From: Nitrosopumilus sp. LS_AOA
GTDB taxonomy: Archaea; Thermoproteota; Nitrososphaeria; Nitrososphaerales; Nitrosopumilaceae
Length of the DNA: 64,000 nt
NCBI GenBank assembly: GCA_001543015.1
Contig: LFLC01000057.1
Coordinates: 27,457-91,456, forward strand
Direction of reading: 5' to 3'
Under the pieces are notes generated by a model, which worked only from the letters and a program-made list of their open reading frames with translations, did not search any database and was not told where the DNA came from. Below, one piece after another: positions 19,278 through 28,280 of this stretch. Numbering within the stretch: the first letter of the stretch is position 1; the number at the start of each line of letters is the position of its first letter. A program made the position numbers and the translations under genes.

Positions 19278-21014
19278 TTAGTTTTTTCTAATCTGGTATA
19301 CCTTTAAAATTCCTAATAATGGAATTCCGACATACATTCCTGCATTTAATATAATCAAACTAATTCCATATCCTAACATGTCTTGTTCTGAATCAATATC
19401 AACATAATTCAATAGAGATAGTGATGATAACATTGGAGTTAGTGTTAGTTTTACTGCTTCTTTGAAAATTGGACTTTCACGTTCTAAATCAGCAATTACT
19501 GGTGAAAATGAATAATAGAATTGATTAAATCCTGCCATAAATGCAGTTCCTGATTCTGTTTGTAGAATTGTATTATCTCTAAGTTCTCGTAATTGTTGTA
19601 CTTGAGGTGCTAATTCTGAACCAAATGCTGCAGTTGCAATAAGACAACCTCCACCTTCAGCAGTCTCTTCTACGACTTCTTCTTCAGTAGTCTCTTCCAT
19701 GACTTCCTCTACCATTTTTTTCTCTGTAGATTCCGCTACAACAACAAAGCCAAACTCTGTTTCTTGTCCTGTATTTCTAATGTTTTCAAATTTAATTATA
19801 GTTGGACCTGTCTGATCCTCACTAAAAGTGAATTTTTCAAAATCACCTCCAACTTGTGCTAGTCCTGTTGTACGAAAAATTTCATTTCCATTTTGAATTA
19901 TTACAAATGTAAAATCAGAACTTCTTAGAGGCTCATTTGTTCTTCCATCTCGAATAGTAAAAATAAAATTTGTAGGAACTCCGGGTTCAACATTTAATGG
20001 ATCCCATGAAAGATTAATTTTGAAGTCCTCACTTTTTGTATATGCTTCTAAAGGAAATGCAATTTTTTTACTTGTAGATAATGTAAAAGTAATTTTATCA
20101 GGAATTGGTTCTTCAGATTTTTTCATTTCATTTTTTAGAAATTTGAGATGATCTTGTAATAAAACCATGTGAACGATTCTTTCATCTTCTACTGTATAAT
20201 CATCAACAGATACTGAAGATTTGAATAATTGAATTCCATTAACATAACCAGAATAACTAGGACTCAAAAACTCTGAAAAGTCTTTTGGAAAATGTGTTTC
20301 AACATGAACTACAGATACATGAGACATTTGTTTTTCACTCCAATCAAATGGCATATCAAATGTAATCTGTTTATTCTCAGAATCATACTCAAAATTAGAA
20401 AGTGTATCAAAATATGATTTTAAACTAAATTCTATATCATTATTTTCAGTGTCTTTTTGAATAAATGAAACAGTCTCAACTAAAGTCAAATCAACTTTAT
20501 AGACTTTAGAATTTTCAATAATGTTTGTTGGTTCATCGATAGTTCTTACTTCAATCTCAAAATTATACAAACCACCTGAATTAAACAGAGGTCCTGTGAT
20601 TTCTATTGGATTTGATTCAGTAGGATGCCAGGCTCCAAGAAGAGAGTCTTGTTCACCATGAATTGTAATTTTTTCTTCTTGCGTAGGTTTAACATTAATT
20701 GGTAAAATTCCATCTTCTGCAAAGAAATAGTTTCTAAAAATCATCTCGCCATTATGAAATAAACCAATTAGAAATGTTACATTTTTTGCAGTTTCGTCTG
20801 TTTCATCATCTATTGCAGTAATTGTGATTTGTTCTGATTCATTTTCAAAATACATTGGCATCTCAACTGTTACAGTCAAGCTTTTTCCTTGTACATCAAT
20901 TGATGAAATTGTTTCAATTCCCAATCCATGACCATATACGCTACTTGCAGGAAATAGCAAACAAACAACCATTACAAAAACTACAAATTTTGCTACAGCC
21001 AACATTATTTTCAT
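19278..21014 (-). CDS. Secreted surface protein, HGxG paralog 3, with CFI-box-CTERM tail
   Basis: VYG|HGLG; GGLYNF, MPFDWS, VVHVE, IVHM; GGGCLIATAAFGS tail. True start may be a few codons downstream. Confidence 0.8.
   Translation of the reverse strand: MKIMLAVAKFVVFVMVVCLLFPASSVYGHGLGIETISSIDVQGKSLTVTVEMPMYFENESEQITITAIDDETDETAKNVTFLIGLFHNGEMIFRNYFFAEDGILPINVKPTQEEKITIHGEQDSLLGAWHPTESNPIEITGPLFNSGGLYNFEIEVRTIDEPTNIIENSKVYKVDLTLVETVSFIQKDTENNDIEFSLKSYFDTLSNFEYDSENKQITFDMPFDWSEKQMSHVSVVHVETHFPKDFSEFLSPSYSGYVNGIQLFKSSVSVDDYTVEDERIVHMVLLQDHLKFLKNEMKKSEEPIPDKITFTLSTSKKIAFPLEAYTKSEDFKINLSWDPLNVEPGVPTNFIFTIRDGRTNEPLRSSDFTFVIIQNGNEIFRTTGLAQVGGDFEKFTFSEDQTGPTIIKFENIRNTGQETEFGFVVVAESTEKKMVEEVMEETTEEEVVEETAEGGGCLIATAAFGSELAPQVQQLRELRDNTILQTESGTAFMAGFNQFYYSFSPVIADLERESPIFKEAVKLTLTPMLSSLSLLNYVDIDSEQDMLGYGISLIILNAGMYVGIPLLGILKVYQIRKN
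19431..19640 (-). repeat. 210-bp repeat copy B
   Basis: About 95% identical to 11464-11673, inverted. Confidence 0.85.
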
Positions 21015-21026
21015 TTCTAATTAGGG

Positions 21027-21737
21027 TTATTTTATTGTGAGTAATTCTTTAACTTTTTGAATCAAATTCTCAATATTGGTAGCCTCTAAAATCGGTTGAA
21101 GTTCATTTGGGACTTTAGCTCCAATTGCTGCAAGTGAGTAAATGTAATCAATTGTAGGTGTATCAGTGTTAAGATAGTACTGCTCTAAAACATGATCTAA
21201 ACCATGAGAATCAACAACTTGTGGTAGGGCTTGATGTATGATTTTCTTTTTCCACAATTGTACCAAATTTTCCCACTGTTCTAATGAGATACTCTCATCA
21301 ATTTCTGGAATCATTTCAACTTCAGCTTGGATGTACATTTTTTTTCCAGTTCCAATTTTTTCATGTATTTCAGATACTTGTTGATGTCCTTCTACTGAAA
21401 GTGGATCATAATTTTCTGGTTGAGAGATTATTGGTGAAATAACTTTTTTAATTTTAAATGAATTTCTGCCTACAGTTTCTATGTGTAATTGTAATCCATC
21501 AAGTTCAACATCTTTACATTCAGTAATTTTAGCTATAGTTCCTATCAATCTAGGTGAATTCCATCCATTAACAGAATTATTTTCATCAATCAAGCATACT
21601 CCAAACTGACCATCACCAATCATACAATCATCAACTAATTGCTTGTAGCGAGGCTCAAATATTCGAAGTGGGAGAGACTGTCTAGGAAATAAAACCAAAT
21701 CTAAAGGAAAGATTGGAATAATTTTTGTTTCAGTCAA
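21027..21737 (-). CDS. Stand-alone Lon protease N-terminal (substrate-binding) domain protein
   Basis: PIFPLDLVLFP..LPLRIFEPRY motif; no AAA or protease domain. Confidence 0.85.
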   Translation of the reverse strand: MTETKIIPIFPLDLVLFPRQSLPLRIFEPRYKQLVDDCMIGDGQFGVCLIDENNSVNGWNSPRLIGTIAKITECKDVELDGLQLHIETVGRNSFKIKKVISPIISQPENYDPLSVEGHQQVSEIHEKIGTGKKMYIQAEVEMIPEIDESISLEQWENLVQLWKKKIIHQALPQVVDSHGLDHVLEQYYLNTDTPTIDYIYSLAAIGAKVPNELQPILEATNIENLIQKVKELLTIK

Positions 21738-21791
21738 TTAGTTTTCTTGAAATGTCTTTAGATATATTGGATACGAATTATTCAAAAAAAA

Positions 21792-22721
21792 TTAAAATCC
21801 ATTTTCATTTAGTATCAAACCTAATAGTGCTGCACGAACATGTTTTCCATATTCAGCTTGTTCAAAGTATTTTGCATTTTGTGTCTTATCAACATCAGGA
21901 GAAATTTCATCTATTCGTGGAAGTGGATGTAAAATGATTGAATCACTTTTCATTTGTTTTAACAAATCTAACCCTACAACATAACTTCCTTTGAGTTTGA
22001 GATACTCTTCTTCATCAGGGAATCTTTCCTTTTGAATTCTTGTTACATAAAGTACATCAAGTTCATCAATATGTTCTTCAAGATTTGTAGATTCAGTATA
22101 ATCTAATCTCTTTTTGATTTCATAAACTGAATCAGATCTAATTTTTAGAGATTCAGGAGAAATTAAACGAACATCAACATCATAGTTCCCAAGTCCATAC
22201 AATAATGAGTAAACTGTTCGGCCATACTTTAGATCACCAACAATTCCAATTTTTAGTCCATCAATCTTTTTCTTTTCTTTTTTAATTGTAAATAGATCTT
22301 GAATTGCTTGTGTTGGATGTTCTTCAGTTCCACTTCCAGCATTAATTACAGGTTTTTCTGAAACCTCTGAAGCAAATCTACTTGAACCATCCAGAGTATG
22401 TCGTAAAACAAGAGCATCTGAATAAATTGACATTATTCGTATTGTGTCAGCAAGACTTTCACCTTTTTGAGTTGACGAAGATGAAACATCAGAAATTCCT
22501 AATGAATTCCCACCAATTGATGCCATTGCTGAATCAAAACTTAGACGGGTTCTAGTACTTGGCTCATAAAACAAATATCCCAAGGTCTTTCCTTTACAAA
22601 TCTCTCGTCGCTCAGAAGGAGCAAGATTCATAATTTTATCAGTTGCAGCAAAGATTTTTTCAAGGTTTTCTTTATCAAAGTCCTTAATTGAAATGATATC
22701 TTTTTGGTAGAACTCGTTCAA
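21792..22721 (-). CDS. pyrB: Aspartate carbamoyltransferase catalytic subunit
   Basis: FYEPSTRTRLSF, HPTQ, HPLPR. Confidence 0.97.
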   Translation of the reverse strand: MNEFYQKDIISIKDFDKENLEKIFAATDKIMNLAPSERREICKGKTLGYLFYEPSTRTRLSFDSAMASIGGNSLGISDVSSSSTQKGESLADTIRIMSIYSDALVLRHTLDGSSRFASEVSEKPVINAGSGTEEHPTQAIQDLFTIKKEKKKIDGLKIGIVGDLKYGRTVYSLLYGLGNYDVDVRLISPESLKIRSDSVYEIKKRLDYTESTNLEEHIDELDVLYVTRIQKERFPDEEEYLKLKGSYVVGLDLLKQMKSDSIILHPLPRIDEISPDVDKTQNAKYFEQAEYGKHVRAALLGLILNENGF

Positions 22722-22756
22722 TCTTTCAATAATATATACAGGTCACTATACAAACT

Positions 22757-23224
22757 ATGCTGATGGAACAGTCTGAACTTATGGTTCGACGAATCAAAGA
22801 AGGGACAGTTATTGACCATATTGATGAGGGTAAAGGTCTCCAAGTACTAAATGCATTAAGAATTGATGGTGCAGATGGAGGTTTAATCACCATAGCCTTG
22901 AATATGCCAAGTGGGAAATTCAAGAAAAAAGATATTATCAAAATTGAAAATAAATTTCTAAAAGATGATGATACAAACAAACTTGCAGTAATTGCTCCAA
23001 AGTCAACAATCAATATAATAAAAAATTACAAGTTAGTTGAAAAGAGAAGAGTTTCACTACCAAATGAGATAGATAGAATTTTTCGATGTTCAAATCCTGA
23101 ATGTATTACAAACAGCACTGAACATATCGAATCTGTTATGGATGTTATTGATAAAGAAGGAAGAGTTCTCAAATGTAGATATTGTGCAAGAGTTTTAGAT
23201 GTTAATCAGCTAAAATACAATTAA
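22757..23224 (+). CDS. pyrI: Aspartate carbamoyltransferase regulatory subunit
   Basis: GTVIDHI, KKDIIKIE, CSNPECIT...CRYC. Confidence 0.96.
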   Translation: MLMEQSELMVRRIKEGTVIDHIDEGKGLQVLNALRIDGADGGLITIALNMPSGKFKKKDIIKIENKFLKDDDTNKLAVIAPKSTINIIKNYKLVEKRRVSLPNEIDRIFRCSNPECITNSTEHIESVMDVIDKEGRVLKCRYCARVLDVNQLKYN

Positions 23225-23259
23225 AAAGAAATTTAAAAATTTGAAAAAGTTGTTGTGGT

Positions 23260-23574
23260 TTATTGTCCTAAGATGATAAACATCATAACTATACCATAGA
23301 TAGCAATTGATTCTACCATACCTACAAAGATGAATACTTTAGATTGTAATGCTGGATTCTCACTAATTACTGCAAGACCTGCTGCACCAACTTGACCTAA
23401 ACCAATACCAGCACCAAGTGCTGCAACTCCAAATGCTATACCAGCACCAAGGAATTTCATTCCATCACCGCCACTAGATGCAGTACTTTCTTCTGCAGCA
23501 TATGCTACATCAGTTAGACCTGCAGCAAATAATGCAACGGCTGCAAATGATAATAATAAAACGATATGTTTCAT
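23260..23574 (-). CDS. atpK: A-type ATP synthase subunit c (K), single hairpin with a signal-like leader
   Basis: GAGIGLG..GAAG...ENP...VESIAIYG. Confidence 0.93.
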   Translation of the reverse strand: MKHIVLLLSFAAVALFAAGLTDVAYAAEESTASSGGDGMKFLGAGIAFGVAALGAGIGLGQVGAAGLAVISENPALQSKVFIFVGMVESIAIYGIVMMFIILGQ

Positions 23575-23625
23575 CTATTTGAAATCCTCATAATTCCATA
23601 TTTAAATCATGATGGCATAAAATCA

Positions 23626-23757
23626 CTAAATTTGATCTAATGTTTTCTTTTTGAAAGAAGCAAGATCATCTTTAATGGATTTTTCAAAATTTTCGGAATC
23701 TTTGTCTAATTCTTTTTTAGAATTTTCAATTGATTTTTTAATTTCTTCTTTGGTCAT
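23626..23757 (-). CDS. Small charged helical protein (43 aa) within the ATP synthase operon
   Basis: Manual translation: MTKEEIKKSIENSKKELDKDSENFEKSIKDDLASFKKKTLDQI; ATG overlaps the atpD stop (ATGA). Confidence 0.65.
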   Translation of the reverse strand: MTKEEIKKSIENSKKELDKDSENFEKSIKDDLASFKKKTLDQI

Positions 23758-24389
23758 TGTTTTCTACTTTCCATCTTTGCCTTGACTTTTTTTAACTTTG
23801 CGAATTCTTCTCTTTCTTTTTCTTCAAGAGCTTGAGAGATAAATCGAATATTATGTTTATACTGCGGAATAATTACATTTTCTAGTGCGTTTAGAAGTTT
23901 TTGTGTCTTTTCTAATGCTTTTGCAAGACTAAAAATAGAATTTTCATATTCTGCTGCTTTACAAATTTTTGGCATTAATTCTTTGATTTGTTTTGCTGCT
24001 CGATCAATTGAAGAATTTGTATCTGCAAATCCATAAGGCATTGATTTTGTATCTTTTTCAGTAACTGTTAATGCAGGAATTTTTACATCAACTACTCGTC
24101 TAACATGAACATCTACTTGCATAACTGGTGGAGTAGATTCAGCAACAGAATCAACAGTTCCTGTTCCTAATGCAAGATATGCTTCATTGACAGATTTGTA
24201 AATGTCTTGTAATGGTTCCCAGATTCCACCTCTTGCTTTTGATGCTTGGTCAATCATTTCTTCAATATTTTTTAAGAGAACTTTACGTTTATCATCTAAA
24301 ATTCCCTGAACCATGGTAGCGACTTGTGTAGATTTTTTATATTTGAAAAGTTCAATTTTTGTTGCAGTGACATTTTGTCCAAATGACAT
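23754..24389 (-). CDS. atpD: A-type ATP synthase subunit D
   Basis: LDDKRKVL...LNALENVIIP...LEEKEREEF; operon context. Confidence 0.93.
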   Translation of the reverse strand: MSFGQNVTATKIELFKYKKSTQVATMVQGILDDKRKVLLKNIEEMIDQASKARGGIWEPLQDIYKSVNEAYLALGTGTVDSVAESTPPVMQVDVHVRRVVDVKIPALTVTEKDTKSMPYGFADTNSSIDRAAKQIKELMPKICKAAEYENSIFSLAKALEKTQKLLNALENVIIPQYKHNIRFISQALEEKEREEFAKLKKVKAKMESRKQ

Positions 24390-24393
24390 TTAA

Positions 24394-25779
24394 TTAATCT
24401 CCTTGATAGTATTTGTCTACGTATTTATCTTTGATTTTAGTAATTTCATTCTTTGGAAGTTTTGAAACAATCTTCCATAAAATAGCAAGTGTTTCTTCAA
24501 TGGTTCTATTTTCATCAGTTGCTTGTGTAAGAAATTCTTTTTCAAATACATCTCCAACATCCATGTATTTCAAGTCAATTCCAGTTAATCCTGCTTTACC
24601 CACAATACCTGCTAATGCTCTTACTTCTTGTGCTCTGGAATATGCATCATAAACTTGATTGGCAACTTCACTGTGATCTTCTCTTGTACTTCCTTCCCCA
24701 ATTCCGTCTTTCATCAATCTACTAAGACTCATCAAAATATTGATTGGTGGATAAACTCCTTGTCTGAATAAATCTCTACCAAGTACTATCTGTCCTTCTG
24801 TAATGTAACCAGTAAGATCAGGAATTGGGTGAGTAATATCATCTGAAGGCATTGATAAAATTGGAATTTGTGTAACACTTCCTTTTCTTCCATTTAGTTT
24901 TCCTGCTCGTTCATAAATTGTTGAAAGGTCAGTGTAAAGATAACCAGGATAACCTTTTCTTCCAGGAACTTCTTCTCTTGCTGCACTAATTTCTCTTAAT
25001 GCTTCTGCATAATTTGTCATGTCAGTCATTATTACTAAAACATGCATTCCTAATTCAAATGCCAAATATTCTGCGACAGTTAAAGCGACACGAGGAGTAA
25101 TAATTCTCTCAATTGCAGGATCATCTGCTGTATTTAGAAATAGAACACTTCTCTTTAGTGCGCCAGATTCTTCAAGACTTCTTCTAAAAAATTCTGCTTC
25201 ACTATACTGAACACCAATTGCTGCAAAGACTACAGCAAAATCATCGTCTGTTCCAACAACACTTGCTTGTTTTGCAATTTGTGCTGCTAAAAGATTATGA
25301 GACATTCCAGAACCAGAAAAGATTGGAAGTTTTTGTCCTCTAACTAAAGTCATCATTCCATCAATTACAGATACACCGGTTTGAATGAAATCTTTTGGGT
25401 ATTCACGTTGTTCTGGATTCATTGGTTCACCATTAATGTCAATAAATTTATCAGCAATTGGATCTGGTAACCCATCTTTTGGTCTGCCTAATCCATCAAA
25501 TACTCTACCTAGTACCTCTTTTGATACTGGCATTTCCATAACTTTTCCTACAAATTTTGCTTTTGTTCCAGCAATAGATAATCCAGATGTTCCTTCAAAA
25601 ACTTGAACGATTGCTTTACCGTGTCCTACTTCTAGAACTTTACCTAATCTTCTTTCACCTTCGGTAGTTTCAATTTCTACAAGTTCATCAAATGCTGCAT
25701 TATCAACGTCATCTACAACTACTAGAGGACCTTTGATTTCTGCAATCTTACTATATTGAACTCCACCTTCTGCTGTCAA
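24394..25779 (-). CDS. atpB: A-type ATP synthase subunit B
   Basis: [35 protein letters not shown]. Confidence 0.97.
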   Translation of the reverse strand: MTAEGGVQYSKIAEIKGPLVVVDDVDNAAFDELVEIETTEGERRLGKVLEVGHGKAIVQVFEGTSGLSIAGTKAKFVGKVMEMPVSKEVLGRVFDGLGRPKDGLPDPIADKFIDINGEPMNPEQREYPKDFIQTGVSVIDGMMTLVRGQKLPIFSGSGMSHNLLAAQIAKQASVVGTDDDFAVVFAAIGVQYSEAEFFRRSLEESGALKRSVLFLNTADDPAIERIITPRVALTVAEYLAFELGMHVLVIMTDMTNYAEALREISAAREEVPGRKGYPGYLYTDLSTIYERAGKLNGRKGSVTQIPILSMPSDDITHPIPDLTGYITEGQIVLGRDLFRQGVYPPINILMSLSRLMKDGIGEGSTREDHSEVANQVYDAYSRAQEVRALAGIVGKAGLTGIDLKYMDVGDVFEKEFLTQATDENRTIEETLAILWKIVSKLPKNEITKIKDKYVDKYYQGD

Positions 25780-27554
25780 TTTGATACTTTAACTCCTGAA
25801 ATTTCTTTGAACTCTTCATCCATTTTAGTTGCTAATTGATCTAGTTTTGGCATCTCACTATCTTTGATATCCATTCTGGCTTTAAGAATTAAAGTGATAA
25901 CTGACATTGCACGAATATCTGATAATGGTGTGCCTTCTTTGATTGCTTGCTGACCTTTGTTGTAAAAGTCAACTAATAATTTCATTAGTTTGTATTGTTT
26001 TTCTGGACTGCAAAAAGTATCAACATCATCAAATGAGTTTTGTTGTAATAGACCAATCTTAATCATTCTTGCAACTTCAAGAATTATTTTTTCTTCATCA
26101 GGTAATGCTTCTGGACCTAAAAGTCTGACAATTTCTTTTAGTGTATCTTCTCTTTGTAAAATTGCATAGGCTTGGCCTCTTACATCAAACCAATCTTCAC
26201 TAATATTTGCACTCCACCATTTTGCAATATCTCCAAGATATCCAGAATAACTATTCATCCAGTTAATTGATGGGTAATGTCTAGAGTATGCAAGTTTTGC
26301 ATCCAAAGCCCAGAAAGTTTTGATAAATCTCATAGTGTGAGTTGTAACTGGTTCTGTAAAGTCACCACCAGATGGTGATACAGCTCCAATCAAAGTTACT
26401 GAACCATCACGGTCTGGACTTCCAATAGTTCTAACACGGCCTGCTCTTTCATAAAATTCTGCTAATCGTGATGCAAGATATGATGGATAACCTTCTTCTG
26501 CAGGCATCTCTTCTAATCTACCACTCATTTCTCTGAGTGCTTCTGCCCATCTACTTGTGGAGTCTGCTACAAGTACAACGTCTTTACCCATATCTCTATA
26601 ATATTCTGCAATTGTTACACCAGTGTAGATACTTGCTTCTCTTGCTGCTACTGGCATGTTACTAGTATTTGCAACAAGTACAGTTCTATCCATAAGTGGT
26701 TTTCCACTACGTGGATCTTTAAGATGTGGGAATTCAACTAAAACTTCTGTCATCTCGTTACCTCTTTCACCACAACCAATGTAAACAACAACTTGTGAAT
26801 CTGCCCATTTTGCAATTTGGTGTAATGTAACAGTCTTTCCTGTTCCAAATGCTCCAGGAATTGAACCGGTTCCACCTTTTGCAATTGGGAAGAATGTATC
26901 AATTACACGTTGTCCAGTAATTAGAGGAACAGTTGGATCGTATCTGCTCTTAATTGGACGTGGTTTTCTTACTGGCCATTTATGATACATTTTTAATTCA
27001 ATATTTTGTCCGTCTTTCTCAGTTGTTGCTAATACAGTTTCTAAATCATAATCTCCTTCAGATACCATATTTGAAATTATTCCACCTTTATGCATTGGTG
27101 GCACCATAATGGAATGATCAATTAATTCACTTTCTTTAACAGTACCAATAACACTTCCTGCAGAAACTTCGTCACCATTACTTACCGTTGGCACAAAGTG
27201 CCATTTTTTGGTCATATCAACAGGAGTAGTTGTAATTCCCCTACCAATGAATGAACCAGATTGTTTAGATAATTCTCTTAACGGTCTTTGAATTCCATCA
27301 TATAGTTGACCAATAATTCCTGGACCTAACAAAACACTTAATGGATTTCCAGTACCAACTACTGGTTCACCTGGTTTTAATCCACTTGTTGATTCATAAA
27401 CTTGAATAAATGCTACATCACCAGTTAGTCGAATAACTTCACCTACTAATTTTGAATTACCAACAGATACAGTCTCATACATTTTTGCTTCAGACATACC
27501 ATCAGCCCTTACTGCAGGACCGCTTACCCAAACAATTTTACCCTGAGCTGCCAT
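25776..27554 (-). CDS. atpA: A-type ATP synthase subunit A
   Basis: GAFGTGKT Walker [14 protein letters not shown]; start set at MAAQGK (27554); no intein seen. Confidence 0.97.
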   Translation of the reverse strand: MAAQGKIVWVSGPAVRADGMSEAKMYETVSVGNSKLVGEVIRLTGDVAFIQVYESTSGLKPGEPVVGTGNPLSVLLGPGIIGQLYDGIQRPLRELSKQSGSFIGRGITTTPVDMTKKWHFVPTVSNGDEVSAGSVIGTVKESELIDHSIMVPPMHKGGIISNMVSEGDYDLETVLATTEKDGQNIELKMYHKWPVRKPRPIKSRYDPTVPLITGQRVIDTFFPIAKGGTGSIPGAFGTGKTVTLHQIAKWADSQVVVYIGCGERGNEMTEVLVEFPHLKDPRSGKPLMDRTVLVANTSNMPVAAREASIYTGVTIAEYYRDMGKDVVLVADSTSRWAEALREMSGRLEEMPAEEGYPSYLASRLAEFYERAGRVRTIGSPDRDGSVTLIGAVSPSGGDFTEPVTTHTMRFIKTFWALDAKLAYSRHYPSINWMNSYSGYLGDIAKWWSANISEDWFDVRGQAYAILQREDTLKEIVRLLGPEALPDEEKIILEVARMIKIGLLQQNSFDDVDTFCSPEKQYKLMKLLVDFYNKGQQAIKEGTPLSDIRAMSVITLILKARMDIKDSEMPKLDQLATKMDEEFKEISGVKVSN

Positions 27555-27555
27555 A

Positions 27556-28155
27556 CTAATTTCCCACTCCGAATTGGGATGCAATTTCTTTCCTTATTAA
27601 AGGCTTCAAGCGTTCAATCCGTGCATCTAAAGTATTATCAAAACTCGTTGTACCATCTTTGGATTTTATCATTACTCCACCAAGACAATCAATTAATTCA
27701 GATGATAATTCAGAACCTGGAAATTGAGATAAGGTAGATTGTACTAGATCTTTATCTTTAGTGTTTGTAGAAACTATAACTTCTGTAGTACCCAAAATTT
27801 TAGTTGACTCATCTAATAGAGATTTTATCAAATTAGAGTAATCACCACTTCGTGCAGTATTTGTAATTTCATCTAATGCTTTTGAAAAAACTTTGTTAAC
27901 TCCTTCTTCTAATGCCATTAATTGTTTATTTCTAGCCTCAAGATCAGCACTTCCAATAATCTGTTTTCCAATTTTATCTGCCTCTTTGTTTCCATCTGAA
28001 ATTATTTTATCAAATTCTCCTTCAAGTGTAGAAAGTGAATTATCAAGAGTTTCCTTTGATTTGATACTTGAATTTTTAAGATTTAGAAGAATGTCTTTCT
28101 CTGTTTTTTGAAGAACTGTGTCAATAGATTGTTCTAATGAAAGATTAGATGTCAA
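27556..28155 (-). CDS. atpE: A-type ATP synthase subunit E
   Basis: Coiled-coil N-terminus; LGGVMI...[10 protein letters not shown]; operon context. Confidence 0.9.
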   Translation of the reverse strand: MTSNLSLEQSIDTVLQKTEKDILLNLKNSSIKSKETLDNSLSTLEGEFDKIISDGNKEADKIGKQIIGSADLEARNKQLMALEEGVNKVFSKALDEITNTARSGDYSNLIKSLLDESTKILGTTEVIVSTNTKDKDLVQSTLSQFPGSELSSELIDCLGGVMIKSKDGTTSFDNTLDARIERLKPLIRKEIASQFGVGN

Positions 28156-28280
28156 TATCGATTTCTCATTAGATAATAGATTTTAATGTTTGGAAAATGA
28201 TGAAAAAAAATCGACAAAAATATACAATTTCTAGATCGGGCTCAGAAAGATATTATAATGTACTAATCTTCGTTGGAAGT

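Noticed and set aside
11464..19640. Inverted repeats as transposon ends
   Set aside because: They are in-frame protein-domain coding sequence; no transposase or target-site duplication seen
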